A DNA stretch of 64,000 nucleotides from Atractiella rhizophila (Eukaryota): assembly GCA_021432655.1 (NCBI GenBank), contig MU271366.1:1-64000 (forward strand), given 5' to 3'. Under the pieces are notes generated by a model. That model was not told where the DNA came from. It searched no databases and saw nothing but the letters and a program-made list of their open reading frames with translations. The position numbers and the translations under genes are program-made. This document shows positions 61,901-64,000 of the stretch, one piece after another; the first letter of the stretch is position 1, and the number at the start of each line of letters is the position of its first letter.

Positions 61901-63679
61901 TGCTATTCTTATAAATCAACCGGATTCGATTTATTGGACGCTTGAACTCACCAGTACTCGCCTCCCTCCTTTTATGTTCTCACCGCGAATCTAATGTGGA
62001 CCCTCTCATCATCTGCGTAGAATGTAGGATGCCTGTCTAAATGAAAAGGTATCCGATCACGCAGTTAGCTGCCCGTATGCAGCAGCGGGGAGAGGTGGGG
62101 ATGAGCGAGAAAATAAGCCTAACACGCTCTATCACCCCCGTCGGTGTAGCTAGGATATCGACTTCCAAGAACTGACATTTCATCGTTTTCCAAAATGATC
62201 ATTGAACCAAAGGCCTCCGGCTCGTTTTCATCATCCGGGTCGTGACAGAGTTTCGTAATGTAACTTTGCCTTTTTACGATGAAGCTGACCCACGCTGAGA
62301 AATTGCTTACTTTATGCACATCTCGTTGCAGGCCGGGAAAGGTGTTAACCCCACACATCCCCGAAACAAGTCAGCAGGATGATGCACGAAGCTTACCAAG
62401 CCGGAACCACTCTTTCCTTTATCATCGCAAAATATGGCGTTCAGGTGGCCATTCAAAGTTTGTGGTTATCAAATTGCAGATCTTTTTTCCCGCGACATCG
62501 CAAACACTAACCTGAAGTGGCGTCGGCTCGGTGACGCCTGGTATCTTCCGGAGCTTTTCTAGGCCAGGTTATCAACTCGCCCTTCTTTTGGAGATTGGTT
62601 TGTGGAGCAGCAGAAGGACGCTGCGGAAAACGGCACTGTCTAGCGTGATTCCACATTTCGTTTCGTTGACCGAGTATCACAATCCTCAACACAGCCCCCC
62701 CATGCACTTTCATAAACACTTCATGTCCGAAGAAGCTCAAAGCAAACTCAAACGCGACTTAAAAAGCGGCCTCCCCTGCCGAGGGTTGCACCTGCCTCAC
62801 GATTTTCCTGTCACAAAGCAGCTGCTATGTCTTCAGCAAACCTGAGTTTTTACTGTGGAAGAACAACTCGATCTCGCCGTGCAACGTACAGCTTTAGAAA
62901 ACTCTCTTTCTGCTAGTCGGACCTATCTCACAGGTTCGATCTCCTTGCTCCCCATGTAAGCTTCACTGAACTGGAGCGCAGCTTGCTTTGCAGTTTTCGG
63001 TTGGGACTTCATCCTCACTTTCCCAGATGAATACAATTCTATGTGGAAAGCGCAGCGTTGGACACCAGTCCGAGCCGCATTCTTCTTCAATCGGTATCTC
63101 TCTCTTTCCATTCGCCCTGGCTTACATGAGAAATGTGAAGTTACTGGAGCCTCTTGCACTTTGTCATCTCGATGTGTTTTGTCTGGATCGAATTCCAACC
63201 GAAAACGTGCGATAAGGTTCATTTCTTCAACCTGTCGCCGCTATAATCCTGTTCTGTGCATCTCCTCCCGATTCAAGTATCCATGGGACTGAGATAATAT
63301 GACACAGTGAACTGCGAGTTTCTATTAGGCGCAAGAGTGTGGGTAATGTGGAACCGTCGTAATTGGATTGCTTACTTCTTCGGAGTCTTTGCCATTGCTG
63401 GTACGGCTGTTCAAGTTTGGTCAGTTGCTCAGAACGAGGCGTTGCATTTGTACGCCACTGTGCACAAGGGATAATTGATGACATGTCCAACAGACTGCCT
63501 GGTTTGAGGGGATGCATCTCTGTCGGAAGGGTCCAAAAGTGATTCATCCTTACCTCAATCTGGCAGGAACCAAGCTGACACTTCGTACAGCCGTCAATGG
63601 GTTTATTGGTTGGGTTTCATCGATACACGAATCAAACTAGCTGATGGAAAGCATAGGGTCCCGCTTCTCCTTTACGATA

Positions 63680-64000
63680 CGACGGCAACAATGTTCACGC
63701 TTGTGTCAGTCACCTCTTCTTTCATCTGACTGAGGCCAAAATCGTTGAAAGCCCTATCATCACACACTGGAACAACACACCGCCGACACGTCTCCTCTCA
63801 ATCTTTATACGCGACGGCGTCCTCTACTTCATCATTGTATTCATCTGCAACCTAGTCAATGTAATTTACTTCAGGTCCGTAGAATCTGCCCGGCTTCACA
63901 GCCAGACCCTTTCTGAACTGACAGAAAGCCAATCAGTGTCCCCAGAGTTCTCATCTCATCTTTGAATTCGCCGCTCGCCGTAGCATTCACAACGATGATG
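63680..64000 (+). pseudogene. Fragment of a basidiomycete multi-pass membrane protein with an RDG motif
   Basis: TRLLSIFIRDGVLYFIIVFICNLVNVIYF hydrophobic helix followed by an intron; upstream part disrupted. Confidence 0.5.

Overview
Fungal genomic DNA. It is probably a Pucciniomycotina basidiomycete, inferred from the 18S signature GCCGTTAAAAAGCTCGTAGTCGAACTT and the ~45-55 nt introns. The window starts in the 5' part of an 18S rRNA gene (minus strand). About 370 bp upstream, the rDNA gives way to ~60 kb of dense, nested transposon sequence with no intact housekeeping gene. Contents: two full-length, mirror-oriented CACTA/EnSpm elements with CCCTG termini, each with a divergently transcribed accessory gene; a Plavaka transposase next to a DUF6532-like gene; Helitron Rep and helicase remnants; two hAT relics plus a hAT MITE in the intron of a related transposase; a MULE-like transposase; five solo LTRs with 5-bp TSDs; an F-box ORF; a hydrolase fragment; and an APM1 pseudogene. 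Main observations: (1) all four premature stops in one CACTA transposase are T-TGA, consistent with TpCpG RIP-like mutation; (2) the second CACTA element has hairpin ends and a 7-bp flanking duplication; (3) ~59.56-61.9 kb around the N gap reads as natural intron-containing DNA only when complemented without reversal, which is probably an assembly artefact. All family calls come from motif recognition by eye, not from database searches.
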